A stretch of 64,000 bases of DNA from a virus (IMGVR_UViG_3300013121_000054:9250-73249); one strand, 5' to 3'. Positions 48,005 through 58,353 are shown, counted from the first letter of the stretch. Numbers and translations: made by a program. Notes: generated by a model not told the origin, from the letters alone.

Positions 48005-49023
48005 AGAAGGGCGATCTGATCTACTCAGTGGAGATCTCCACTTTCGGGCTGCGGAGCGTCTCGCTGTACACCTATCGGGTCGGCCGCGTGCAAGGCCGGT
48101 TTGCAAAATGCGCGCGCATCGACCGTGGGCTCACCAGGCTCGCTACTTTCCATAAAGAGATCGAGAATGGGCAGGTGCAGCCGCGATATGAGGGCTTCCA
48201 CAGCACCAGGGTGACGGCCTTTGTCGGCGAAGAATCAGCGCGCACCTTTTATGAGACAGAGCGCCTCATGCCGAATACCTGCGACCGCGACCGAATCGCA
48301 AGCTGGATATTAAAAGAGGCGCCCCCTGGTCTCGTGCGCGAGCTGGAGAAGACCGCAAAGGCGTGGAAAGAAGCCGAGGAGAAGAAAAAGCGTGCAGAAG
48401 GAGAAGCCAAAGAGAGAGGCGGCGCGGAAGAAAGACGCAGTAACGACTCCTGAAGATGATGCCAAATGGAAGGCACTGCGCCGCGCTTTCTTCACTTATA
48501 ACGCGCGCATCATCTGTAATGCACTCGGATACGACAACTGGGAAACCGCATCGGAAGCCACGCAAGAGAAGTACATAAAAGCATTTGAAGAGGCAAATAT
48601 CGCATGGATGACAGCAAAGTAAAGCGCAAAGGAAAGGCAAAGCCAAAAGCCAGAAAGCCGCATAAGCGCGTGAACTTCGATCCAAATCAAGTCAAAAATT
48701 GGCGCAGCGTCACCTACACAGTGAAGCTCACATTTGCTGATTGGGATTACCGGGCGCAGCGCACCGTGATGGTAGGGGGAAATATTAGGGGATTAGAAGT
48801 GATAGAGCTAGCGGTTGAGCAGCTCTATGAAGACTTGCAGAAGGAAGCCGATGATCGCGAAGGCACTGAGATGCAGCGGTGGGATCTGCCGCTTCTGATC
48901 CTGTCAAAGCCCGGCAAGCAGCTCTATTGCGAAGACGATCAAGACGATGGCGAAGACTGGCTGAAAAACATGCTGATCAAGGCCGAGATTGTAGATGTGC
49001 AGCAAGACGAAAAGGAGAAATAG
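47989..49023 (+). CDS. Three hypothetical early genes (47989-48453, ~48392-48622, 48604-49023)
   Basis: Overlapping ORFs; no family recognised. Confidence 0.55.
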
Positions 49024-49025
49024 TA

Positions 49026-49397
49026 GTGAGCAGTCTAGTAAAAGCGCACCTGACAGGGCGCGTCATGGCGTCGCCGGAGAAACGATTCACGGCGCAAAAT
49101 AACACCCCACTGTGCGACTTCCCGCTGGGTGTCATCACTCCAGCATTTGGCGATCGCCCCGAGGAGATCGACGCCATAAAGGTCATCGTGTGGCGCGATC
49201 AAGCCGATGAGGTGGTGAAGACCATCAAGAAGGGTGACACGGTGGTGGTGGTCGGAAGGCTCCAGATCAACAACTACACCACGCAAGACGGGCAGAAGAA
49301 ACGCTCGACTGAGCTGGTGGCGGATTCTGTCGAGCGCGTCGCAGGGCTCGTGGCTGCTGCCTGGCAGCAGGAGATCGATGAGGCCTTTGCTGACTAG
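49026..49397 (+). CDS. ssb: Single-stranded DNA-binding protein
   Basis: L.GRV...PE.RFT.......F.L....I.V.VWR.QA..V...KKGD.V.V.GRLQ...Y...DG.K...ELVA..V; GTG 49026 after AGGAG. Confidence 0.92.
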   Translation: MSSLVKAHLTGRVMASPEKRFTAQNNTPLCDFPLGVITPAFGDRPEEIDAIKVIVWRDQADEVVKTIKKGDTVVVVGRLQINNYTTQDGQKKRSTELVADSVERVAGLVAAAWQQEIDEAFAD

Positions 49398-51508
49398 ATG
49401 CAGATTGATGAGCTGCTCGCAGCGGTAATTGATAAGAATGAAGAGCCAGTCACTGAAGAGTGGCTATATCTCAACGGCTTCAGGAGATATGAAGGGCGAA
49501 GAGATGAGCGCTTGCCGGTGCGCCGATTGCTGATACCTGGTAGCTCTTTCGGGCTCTCGCTCGATATCGCGAGGCGCGATCGGGAATCTGGTGAGTGGCA
49601 CTCATGGCTTGCCCAGGAAGACCCCTATCGGCACATCTTTATTCGGTATGTGTCGATGCGCTGCGACGTTATTGATCTCTTTCAGGCGCTATCTGGGCAG
49701 CGGTGGAAAGAGTGCGAAGACAAAGACCTGGAGCAGTTCAAGCCCATATGGGAGCTGGAGGCAGAGTGATAATTTACACAGAAGTTGAGCGCGAGAAGCT
49801 CATTCAGCAATTTGCGGTGGCGCTGGTACCCGTGCTTTATGCTGATACGCCGAAGGGAAAGAAAGAAGAACGCATCTGGGAGGCAGCAGAAGCGCTTGTC
49901 GAGGAGCGCTACCCACGGAGTGAAATGCTGAAATGAGACTCGATGAGATCAAGGCGCGCGCAGCGGCTGCGACACCTGTATTTGAAAGACCGACCCATTC
50001 CGATCATGGTGCTGAGCCCGAATGGGGGAAGAATCGTGTCTCATATGTATTCCACCAGGATGAGGTCGGATATGAGATCGCGCGCTTCACACACCTGTCA
50101 AACCATCGCGCAGATGCCAATTTCTATGCCAGAGCAAAGACTGACATCGACTGGCTGATCGCGCGGCTGGAGCAAGCCGAGAAGGTGGTCGAATACCTTA
50201 TACGCGAAGCCTTGCGCCGATACCTGGAGAACTTCCGCCGCACTTCTGCTGAAGTTTCTTCATCTTGGGAAACGGTAGGAGCAGGCAATGGAAAGGTCAA
50301 AGCATGAAAACTTCAGAGCAGCTCGTCAAAGATATTGACGCAGGTCTTGTGGAACTAAAGGAACACCAGTTATCACTGTTTCACAGACTTTATGATGGTG
50401 ACTGGAGGTCTCTATCCACAGAGAAGCTACAGACTCTATACGACATTGTTGACAGAACCATCACCAAAAACAACAAGGAGGCAGAATGCAAATGGGTGGA
50501 GGAGTATGCCAAAACAGAAGAATGAAGACAGAGACATAGCATTTCAGCCACGCTGGGCTGAGTTGTTTAGGCTGATTAACGTGCTGGCGATGCACGACGT
50601 GATCATGACCTCGGAGGGGCAGAAAGCGGTATGAGCCTCTGTCTAAGCACATCCCCAGCACCGCCGCGCCCGGTGCGCATGTGGCGCTACCGCATACCGG
50701 GCAGCAAGCGTGACAGTGGCGGAGTGGTCGTGATTGATGAGACCGGGCTATTCACGGCAGTGACTGATTTCGGCAACTACGCTCACTGGTGGCCAGGCCA
50801 GCACAGCGGATACAGTGACTTCCGCTTATTCATTCACAACCTCTCGCGCAAATGTGCCGAGTATCCAGATTACCTGCTGGAGAAGGTGCGCAGAAAGCGC
50901 ACAGAGATCGATTTCAAAGCCCTGCGCAAGAAGCTTACTTTGCATATTTTTGAGATGCACAAAAAGCACCTGAGCCACAAGAAGAAGGGCTGCAAAAATA
51001 CCAGGTGCAGCCATGGGGAATGGTCGCCTCGAAATATTCACTGCCACTACGAGCGGTGCGACTTGGAGTGGCGAAACAAGATGCTGAAATTTGTCAAAGA
51101 GATGTCTGACAAATCAGAGCTTGATGAGCTGTATCACACTTATGCGATACCGGATCTCGATTGGTCAGAAGGGCTGGTGCATTACGAATGGGATTGCCAG
51201 GCGCTCTTCTTTGCCAGGGAGATAATGCCTAGGCTGCATGCCCAGCTCGACGCGGAGCTCAAAGCTGAGGGCCTGCTATGAGCTTGCCAGCGATAACAGA
51301 GAGCATCGACACCTGCAGGGCGTGCGGGCAGACCTTCGCACCTGGGGAGGAGTATGAATACTTCTTCAACACCGATGACAATCAGCACCTGGGGCCATGC
51401 CCCACGCGCTTTGAGCATATGGTGCGGTGCATGCTCGGTAACGGGCTGGCAGACATAAACAAGGGATTATATGGAACCGCGCAACCTGGCTGCCACAGCC
51501 GAGAATAA
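49398..51508 (+). CDS. Array of hypothetical early genes (49398-49769, 49766-49936, 49933-50307 Ead/Ea22-like, 50304-50525, 50631-51281, 51278-51508)
   Basis: Coupled ORFs; 49933 starts RLDEIKARAAAATP and contains NA.F.A.A.TDI..LIA.LE. Confidence 0.55.
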
Positions 51509-51857
51509 GATCGCGCCTCTCTGGTTCGGCCCAGGCTCACCGCTGGGTGAAGACAGCTTAGCGCCCGAGCTGCTCTGGCCTGAGCAGGCGCTCTGCTTCT
51601 TAAATCCGGAATTTGGCAATATCCCGCCATGGGCAAAGAAGTGCGCCGAGAGCGGCAGCCGGATCTTATTTCTAACTCCCGGCTCAATCGATTCAGAGTG
51701 GTATGCCAAATTTGTCGAGCCTTACGCATATGTGCTCGGGCTGAGCCCGCGGCTGAAATTCAAGGGCGCCAATGATCCCTTTCCCAAGCCTTGCATCCTG
51801 AGCTGCTATGGCTTCTATGGTTTTACCGGCTTTGATACCTGGAGGTGGAAGAAATGA
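51471..51857 (+). CDS. Phage Dam-type N6-adenine methyltransferase, N-terminally short (possibly pseudogene)
   Basis: LAATAEN, L.W, LNPEF.NI.PWAKKC, L.P.S.D..W, RL.F.G...PFP; NPEF replaces NPP(Y/F). Confidence 0.6.
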   Translation: MEPRNLAATAENKIAPLWFGPGSPLGEDSLAPELLWPEQALCFLNPEFGNIPPWAKKCAESGSRILFLTPGSIDSEWYAKFVEPYAYVLGLSPRLKFKGANDPFPKPCILSCYGFYGFTGFDTWRWKK

Positions 51858-53156
51858 TCATCAGCGAGATTTTAGCGCCCGACAGCCTGCGCAAAATCTA
51901 CAGCGTGCCCAGCGCGCGCCTTGAGTACATAGAGCAGCTCATCATGGTGGAGCTGCAAAAGCAGGCGGCGCTCTACGGCAGAAAGCCACATGCTGGATTC
52001 AGTCTGCCACTTTCGGAGAAGGATCGCGAGCACCTCGACGCAGCCTTCACGGCAGCCGGCTGGCGGACGCGGTGGTCCAAGGATATTGATAATTGGATCT
52101 TGGTTGTCTATGAGGAGTAGCACCGTGGGAGCTAATGACAAGTATGAGCGCCACACTCAGCGTGAAGGCTGGGAGGTTGGCAAATTTGCTAAGCGCGATC
52201 GCAGAAACAAGAGGCGTTTGCGCACGACTACGCAGAAAGAGGATCAAGCAGAGGTGCGCGCGAGCCACTCAGAGCAGGCAGTCGATGCTGACTTGCCGCG
52301 CCGATGCCCCGGCCCTGCATTCTGCGATGAGATCGAGTGTGACTACTGTGGCAGGCTGTGAGGGTTATCTAATGAGTGGATACGACTATGACCAGGCGCC
52401 AGAGCAGGAGGTGCCACCAACAATGATCGAGCTGGTGATCATCGGGCTGCTGATCGCGGTGGTCTTCTCGATCAGCGCAGCGCGACAAATCAAGGAGGCA
52501 TTCAGCAGAAGATGAACATCAATGTACCCGAGTCAGCAAGAGACCACTTCTGGCAGGAGCCACCGCCCGGGCATCGAGAATTCTGGAGCTTCAGCCGCTT
52601 CAAGCCGCCCTGCGCTGTCGGCGATGTGCTGATATTTCGCTTCGATGGCGAGGCAGTGGCGCGAGCGATCTGCTCGGAAATCGAGCCACCTGGGCAGTCA
52701 AAGTGTGCCAGCACTGGGCGCTTTGAGCGTGGCTGGAAAGTGTATTGGGAGCCGGAAACCTTTGAGGATCTGCGCGGCTCTATGAGACAAACCCTAAGAT
52801 CGCCATGACACCACACATAGTATTATTCTCTGCACTGCATTAAACCGAGGAATTACCGCATGCTTACGCCTGATGAGGCTAAGGGCGTGCCGCGCCCACA
52901 GCGCGAGCAGAAGCCCAAGGAAGATGAAACAAATTGGGAGCAGGAGCGCGACGCGATGATCGAGCGCGTGAATAAGTTTCTGCGCGATGGTAATTACAGA
53001 GGCCGCCCCTTCCAGCTCGAAATCGGCAAGGGCTGCCAGAAAGCTCGCAAGGGCTTTGTCCAGCACCTTGAAGCTCACGGCTGGCGGGCTGATGAAAAGA
53101 TGTTCTTTGATCGCGGCACCGAGAACTGGGTCGCGCGCATCAAGCAGGCTTTCTGA
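51854..53156 (+). CDS. Small hypothetical genes (51854-52120, ~52371-52515, 52512-52808 ASCH/PUA-like, 52860-53156)
   Basis: Coupled ORFs; 52512 has VGDVLIFRFDG..VARA. Confidence 0.5.
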
Positions 53157-53434
53157 TGAAAGTCGCACTGCATGAGCTAAAGACCGAGCAGCCTTGGTTT
53201 AGCGAAATAGCGCGCGGTATCAAGGATTTCGAGGTGCGTGAGCACGATCGGATCTTTGAGGTCGGCGACCTGCTGAATCTGCGCGAATACGACAAAAACT
53301 ATAAGTGCTATAGCGGAAGACACATTCTGGCGCGCATCAAGAAGGTGATGAGCCATGAAGAATTCCCGCTGGCAATCCGTAAAGGTTACTGCATTCTCGG
53401 CATCGAGAGGCTCTCACAAACTATCCAAACATAA
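53156..53434 (+). CDS. DUF3850/ASCH-domain protein
   Basis: HELKT..P.F..I..G.K.FE.R..DR.FEVGD.L.LREY.....YSGR.....I..V......GY.ILGI. Confidence 0.88.
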   Translation: MKVALHELKTEQPWFSEIARGIKDFEVREHDRIFEVGDLLNLREYDKNYKCYSGRHILARIKKVMSHEEFPLAIRKGYCILGIERLSQTIQT

Positions 53435-53449
53435 GGAGAATCATAGACT

Positions 53450-54190
53450 ATGGGGAAAATCTTGAGTCAGGTACTGGCTCTTCAGCAAGGCCGCAAAGAA
53501 AGCATCGACAAAGAAATCAGCCAGCTCGCAACAGCATCCACAAAACTTGATCAGCTCACTGGCTTTGTGAATCAGTACCAAGCCTTGAATGAGGAAGATC
53601 ACGAGCAGTTCAGCGATGAGGCCAAGAAGGTGCAAGCAATAGCGCCAGATATCCTTTCGCGCTTGTCGCAGCTTATTGCCGAAGAGGTGGACATCGAAGC
53701 CACCAAGGACAATACCAACTGCTTCGCCCGGGCTGATATTATCCTTTCCGGCATAGTGTGGGCAAAAGATGTGCCAGTCACTACTCTGCTCTACCTCGAA
53801 AAACGTCTGACCGCTTGGCGGGCGATCATATCGAAGATACCCATGCTTGACGCATCGGAGAACTGGACCCCAGACACCACTCAGCAAGGGCTGTGGAGGA
53901 GTGAAACGCGCAAGACCCACAGAACCAAGAAGGTGCCGAAGCCGATCACACTGGCGCCTGCTACTACGGAATTCCCCGCCCAGGTGCAAATGATCGCAGA
54001 AGACCAGGTAGTCGGCTACTATCACAAAGTGATTCTTTCTGGCGCACTGCCGGCCACTCGCTGGGCGCAGCTCATGCAGCAAGCAAACCAATTGATCGAT
54101 GCTGTGCGAATGGCGAGAGAGCAAGCAAATACTGTTCCTGCACAAGATCTAAAGATCGGACAAGCGATCTTTGATTACCTGATGCAGTAG
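53450..54190 (+). CDS. Conserved uncharacterised protein (recalled as DUF7873-like), upstream of tRNA-mimic RNAs
   Basis: K.LSQV.A....K, G....Y....E..E....E.K.VQ, D..ATKD.TN..ARAD, VPVT.LLYLEK.L, RTKK.P, A.AT...PAQV....ED...G......SGALP, A.K.ARE.AN, IF.YL; family name from memory and unverified. Confidence 0.8.
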   Translation: MGKILSQVLALQQGRKESIDKEISQLATASTKLDQLTGFVNQYQALNEEDHEQFSDEAKKVQAIAPDILSRLSQLIAEEVDIEATKDNTNCFARADIILSGIVWAKDVPVTTLLYLEKRLTAWRAIISKIPMLDASENWTPDTTQQGLWRSETRKTHRTKKVPKPITLAPATTEFPAQVQMIAEDQVVGYYHKVILSGALPATRWAQLMQQANQLIDAVRMAREQANTVPAQDLKIGQAIFDYLMQ

Positions 54191-54201
54191 AATGACAAAG
54201 C

Positions 54202-54344
54202 TGTGAGGCGAAGCTAAAGCTCAATTTCAAGTTAAGCTCGCAGAGAGGAGAGGAAGGTTCGATTCCTTCCTCGGGCACCATAAGCCCGAGTAGCCCAGAT
54301 GGTAGAGGCACTCTCGGCGAAAGAAAGTTAAGTCTATCCTCACA
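54202..54344 (+). ncRNA. Circularly permuted tRNA-like RNA module 1 (YrlA/Y-RNA-like topology)
   Basis: T-arm GAAGG-TTCGATT-CCTTC, then CTCGGGC-ACCA, TAA, GCCCGAG-TA-D arm; CTCTC/GAGAG stem; outer TGTGAGG/CCTCACA stem. Confidence 0.8.
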
Positions 54345-54379
54345 AGTTGATGCCTGGAACCAGTTGCGAAAATCCAGCA

Positions 54380-54478
54380 GCGGCAAAAATCTAGTTTATA
54401 TGTCAGTTCAAGTCTGACCGTGGGTGCCAGCCCGCGTAGCTCAATGGCAGAGCGAAACTATTCAATCTGAAACGTCGC
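54380..54478 (+). ncRNA. Circularly permuted tRNA-like RNA module 2
   Basis: T-arm GTCAG-TTCAAGT-CTGAC, CGTGGGT-GCCA, then GCCCGCG-TA-GCTC-AATGGCA-GAGC; AAACTA/TAGTTT stem; GCGGC/GTCGC outer helix. Confidence 0.78.
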
Positions 54479-54516
54479 ACTAAAATCGCTGAGAAGATTC
54501 GTTAATGAGCAGAGCA

Positions 54517-54588
54517 CTGCATGTAGCTCAAGAGTAGAGCAACAGTCACGTAAACTGTAGAGTGCGGGTGCGATTCCCGTCTTGCAAA
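54517..54588 (+). pseudogene. Degenerate tRNA, normal order, anticodon CGT (Thr-like)
   Basis: Full cloverleaf spacing; ACAGT-CACGTAA-ACTGT; acceptor 5/7 paired; T loop TGCGATT; no U33; no CCA. Confidence 0.65.
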
Positions 54589-54595
54589 TAAACCG

Positions 54596-54633
54596 CGCGC
54601 TCGCAGGAGGCTACCCTGCGGGCGTTGCTTTTC
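54596..54633 (+). terminator. Probable terminator after the RNA cluster
   Basis: CGCAGG/CCTGCG hairpin with GC extension, then GCTTTT. Confidence 0.55.
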
Positions 54634-54639
54634 GAGTCA

Positions 54640-54669
54640 TTGACATAACCGCAAATTTGCGGTTATAGT
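54640..54669 (+). promoter_or_regulatory. Sigma70 promoter with a perfect 22-bp palindromic operator in the spacer
   Basis: TTGACA (54640)-18 nt-TATAGT (54664); ATAACCGCAAATTTGCGGTTAT at 54645-54666. Confidence 0.8.
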
Positions 54670-54700
54670 AAAGAGGTCGAGAGCAAAGGAGCCGCTACCA

Positions 54701-55549
54701 ATGGATATCAACCTCGCCGATTACGACATCATCCTGATTAACAGCTCGGGCGGCAAAGACAGCCAGGCGATGCTGGATGAGGTCTTCTGGCAGGCACTGC
54801 GTGCCGGTGTGGTTGATCGCCTGGTAGTGGCTCACGCCGACCTCGGGCGCGTGGAGTGGAAGGGTACGAAAGAGCTGGCGCAGCGTCAAGCTCAGAGCTA
54901 TGGCATCCGCTTCATCGCCTGCCGCCGAGAGCTGGGCGACCTGCTGGACTACATAGAAGAGCGGGGAATGTGGCCCGACAGCCAGGCGCGCTACTGCACC
55001 AGCGACTTTAAGCGCGGCCCAATCCGCAAAGTCATGACCGCGCTGGTGGCAGAGAAGCACCTCGCTGTGCCTGCTAGCGAGCGCCGCCAGCTCAAGATCC
55101 TTAACTGCATGGGCATGCGAAAGCAAGAGAGCCCGAAGCGCGCCAAAATGCAGATGTTTACTGCGCCGAGCTGCAAAATCAGCAAGCGCCCGAAGAAAGG
55201 AGAGACCGTCTGGGAAGGCGCCAGCAATGGAAAACGCCTCGTTTATGACTACCTGCCAATCCACGATTGGACCGAGGCGCAGGTCTGGGATCGTATACGC
55301 GAATCAGGTGTCGAGTATCACCCAGCATATGACCTCGGCATGCCGCGCCTCTCCTGCGTATTTTGCGTCTTTGCGCCGAAGAGCGCTCTGATAGTCGCAG
55401 GCAGAGCCAATCCCGAGCTGCTCGACGAATATATCCGCGTCGAAGACAAGATCAAGCACCTGTTCAGAAAAGATTTCAGCCTCCACGAAGTGCGCGATGC
55501 CATCAGGCGTGGTGACAAGGTGGAAGCCGTTGAAAGCTGGGCCATGTAA
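54701..55549 (+). CDS. PAPS-reductase/PP-loop family protein (phage type)
   Basis: SSGGKDSQ PP-loop, HADLG.VEW, R.CTS..K..P, G.R..ES..RA, HPAYD.GM.RLSCVFC. Confidence 0.88.
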   Translation: MDINLADYDIILINSSGGKDSQAMLDEVFWQALRAGVVDRLVVAHADLGRVEWKGTKELAQRQAQSYGIRFIACRRELGDLLDYIEERGMWPDSQARYCTSDFKRGPIRKVMTALVAEKHLAVPASERRQLKILNCMGMRKQESPKRAKMQMFTAPSCKISKRPKKGETVWEGASNGKRLVYDYLPIHDWTEAQVWDRIRESGVEYHPAYDLGMPRLSCVFCVFAPKSALIVAGRANPELLDEYIRVEDKIKHLFRKDFSLHEVRDAIRRGDKVEAVESWAM

Positions 55550-55564
55550 AAAGGAGGAGCAACT

Positions 55565-56511
55565 TTGAACCAAGACAATCCACTAATGCTGATACCACCG
55601 GAGATCGAGGCGCTTATCCTCGACGGCCGGGCGCTGCTGCTGAATACCGCGCAGGAAGGCGCTAGGGGCGATAGCTGCGTCGGCTTGATGGATGAAGCAG
55701 GCGATCCAATTCTCTCTATTAACTGGGGGAACCTGGACTATGAGCCAGGCCAATATTGCGTGATTATCGGGATCGATGGTCGAAACGTGCACTACTTCGC
55801 GAGTGCCGCTGAAGCCGTCAAGCTTTACGAGGAGTGCAGACTGAGATGTTAGGAAAGAAGAAGCCAGAGCGAATGCTCACAATCAGATATGCAACAAACT
55901 ACCGAGAACATGGCGGTGACTTCTATTCGCTATTAGAGTTTTACTTTTCGACAAACTATGAAAAGCGCGGTCAAAGGCACCCAGTTCATCGCCCGGTGCT
56001 TAGCGTCTACTTCCATGGGGGCAAAAAATCTTGGTTTTCCCAACACGGCATGAATCAACCGTGGAAGGAAATCACGAGCAAAGAAGCCGTCGAGCTGATC
56101 CGCAAGCATTCAGCGAAGGGTCTTGATCAAATTCACAAGCACATTCCTCACAGACAGATTGGAAAGCTCACACTGCCAGAGACGACGACTAAGACAACCA
56201 AAGATAGGATTGCCGAGGACAATTGCCCTGATGATGAATATCAGCTCGGCGTGCTCATAGGGGCGCACCAAAAATATGAATCCGAACTTCAGGCAGTGCT
56301 GAAACAGATACAGCGAGTGACTTTAATCGATATCACCGATGAGAGCACCGCGGAGGTTGTGCTAGAAAGCGTTTGCAATATCGAGCGCTTGCAAGAACTT
56401 CGTGCAGCGCTCGGGCTCATGGTCGAAAGACTTGCGACTATTAATCGCAAAATGCGCAGCCAATCTAACTTCATTCGCCACAGAAAGGGATTGCCACTAA
56501 TCCAAGTATAA
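55565..56511 (+). CDS. Two hypothetical genes (55565-55852, ~55846-56511)
   Basis: Coupled ORFs with RBS; no family recognised. Confidence 0.55.
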
Positions 56512-56525
56512 GGAGCAGAAAAAAC

Positions 56526-58307
56526 ATGAAGCGCGAACCAAGACAAATGAATCTCTTTGATGAGCTGATCATCGATAACTTTGCCGGTGGAGGCGGAGCC
56601 TCGACTGGCATCGAGCTGGCGATCGGTCGGTCGGTTGACATTGCGATCAACCATGACCCTGAGGCGATCATCATGCACGAAGCTAATCACCCTTTCACAA
56701 AGCACTATTGTGAGAATATCTGGGAAGTAGACCCAGTGGAAGCCTGCGCTGGCCGCCCAGTCGGTCTCGCATGGTTCAGCCCAGACTGCAAGCACTTCAG
56801 CAAAGCCAAGGGCGGCAAGCCGCGCGAGCAGAAAATCAGAGGCCTCGCCTGGGTCGCCCTGCGCTGGGCGAAAGCAGTCAAGCCGCGCGTGATCTTTCTG
56901 GAGAACGTCGAGGAGTTTATCACCTGGGGGCCGCTCGGCCCAGACGGCACACCCTGCGCACGTCGAAAGGGGAGCACGTTTACTGCCTTTGTGCGGGCCC
57001 TGGAAAAGGAAGGGTATGCAGTAGAGTGGAAAATGTTGCGCGCGTGCGACTACGGGGCACCCACCACCCGCAAACGGCTCTTTATGGTGGCGCGGTGCGA
57101 CGGTCAGCAGATCGTCTGGCCAACACCTACGCACGGCGACCCGAAGAGCAAGGAGGTCTGGTCTTGCAAGCTCAAGCCATGGCGCACGGCCGCCGAGTGC
57201 ATAGACTGGAGCCTGCCCTGCCCATCAATCTTTGAACGCGAGAAGCCACTGGCTGAGGCGACGCTGCGCCGCATCGCCCGCGGTATCGTCAAATATGTCA
57301 TCCAGGCGAAAGAACCTTATATCGTCACCTGCAACCACAGCGGCGATAACTTCCGCGGTCAGGGCGTGAATGAGCCCATGAAGACAATCACCGCGAGCAG
57401 AGATGCGCACGGCGTGGTAGTGCCGACGCTGATCCAAACGTCTTACGGTGAGCGCAAGGGGCAAGACCCGCGTGTACCTGGTCTTGAGAAACCACTCGGC
57501 ACAGTGATGGCTCAGGGCAGTAAGCATGCGGTAGTGGCAGCCAGCCTCTTGCAAATGGGATTCGGCGAAGCCCCAGGTAGCCCGCCGAGGTGCATTGACC
57601 CTCAGAAGCCTCTCGGCACGGTGCTGGCTGGCTCAGTAAAGCATGCGCTCGCGTGCGCCACCCTGATCAAGAACTACTCAGGGCACTATCAAGGCTCAGG
57701 CACCAGCCTCGATGAGCCCATGCACACCATCACCTCGCAAGATCATCATTCGATCGCAGCAGTCAACCTGGTGCGCCAATTTGGAAACAGCGAGGGCGCA
57801 GATGCGAAGGCGCCGGTAGGCACCACCACCGCAGGCGGTGGCGGCAAGACCAGCCTGGTGGTATCGAATTTGGTGAAGCTGCGCGGCAAGAACCGCAAAG
57901 ACAGCTTTACCTCTCCAGCAGATCCGATGCCTACCATCACCGCTGGTGGCACCCACATCGGGGAAGTGCGCGCCTTCCTGCTGAAATATTTCGGCAAGAG
58001 CGAAGGGCAGGGTCTTAATGTTCCGGCCCACACACTGACAAGCAAAGACCGCCTGGGGCTCGTGACAATCAACCAGATCGACTATCAGATCGTGGATATC
58101 GGTATGCGAATGCTCCAGCCTCACGAGCTTTTCAAAGCTCAGGGATTCCCTGACGGTTACTTGATTACACCTGAGACGATCGGCAAACCATTCAGCAAGA
58201 CTGCGCAGGTCAGGATGTGTGGAAACTCTGTTAGCCCGGTGGTGGCAGAGGCTTTGGTGCGTGCAAATTATGCACCACTCAAGGTGGCGAAGCGGCGATC
58301 ATCTTAG
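56526..58307 (+). CDS. dcm: DNA (cytosine-5) methyltransferase, large phage type
   Basis: DNFAGGGGAS (motif I), FSPDCKHFS (catalytic Cys), LENVEEF, R.RL, Q...CGNSVSP. Confidence 0.95.
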   Translation: MKREPRQMNLFDELIIDNFAGGGGASTGIELAIGRSVDIAINHDPEAIIMHEANHPFTKHYCENIWEVDPVEACAGRPVGLAWFSPDCKHFSKAKGGKPREQKIRGLAWVALRWAKAVKPRVIFLENVEEFITWGPLGPDGTPCARRKGSTFTAFVRALEKEGYAVEWKMLRACDYGAPTTRKRLFMVARCDGQQIVWPTPTHGDPKSKEVWSCKLKPWRTAAECIDWSLPCPSIFEREKPLAEATLRRIARGIVKYVIQAKEPYIVTCNHSGDNFRGQGVNEPMKTITASRDAHGVVVPTLIQTSYGERKGQDPRVPGLEKPLGTVMAQGSKHAVVAASLLQMGFGEAPGSPPRCIDPQKPLGTVLAGSVKHALACATLIKNYSGHYQGSGTSLDEPMHTITSQDHHSIAAVNLVRQFGNSEGADAKAPVGTTTAGGGGKTSLVVSNLVKLRGKNRKDSFTSPADPMPTITAGGTHIGEVRAFLLKYFGKSEGQGLNVPAHTLTSKDRLGLVTINQIDYQIVDIGMRMLQPHELFKAQGFPDGYLITPETIGKPFSKTAQVRMCGNSVSPVVAEALVRANYAPLKVAKRRSS

Positions 58308-58353
58308 TCACGAAGGTGCGAAAATAGGTGGCGCATTTCACAAGAGGAACTAC

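Noticed and set aside
54284-54429. Reading the RNA cluster as one normal-order tRNA with a large intron
   Set aside because: That pairing has an acceptor mismatch and no matching anticodon stem; the permuted pairing closes all four stems in both modules.
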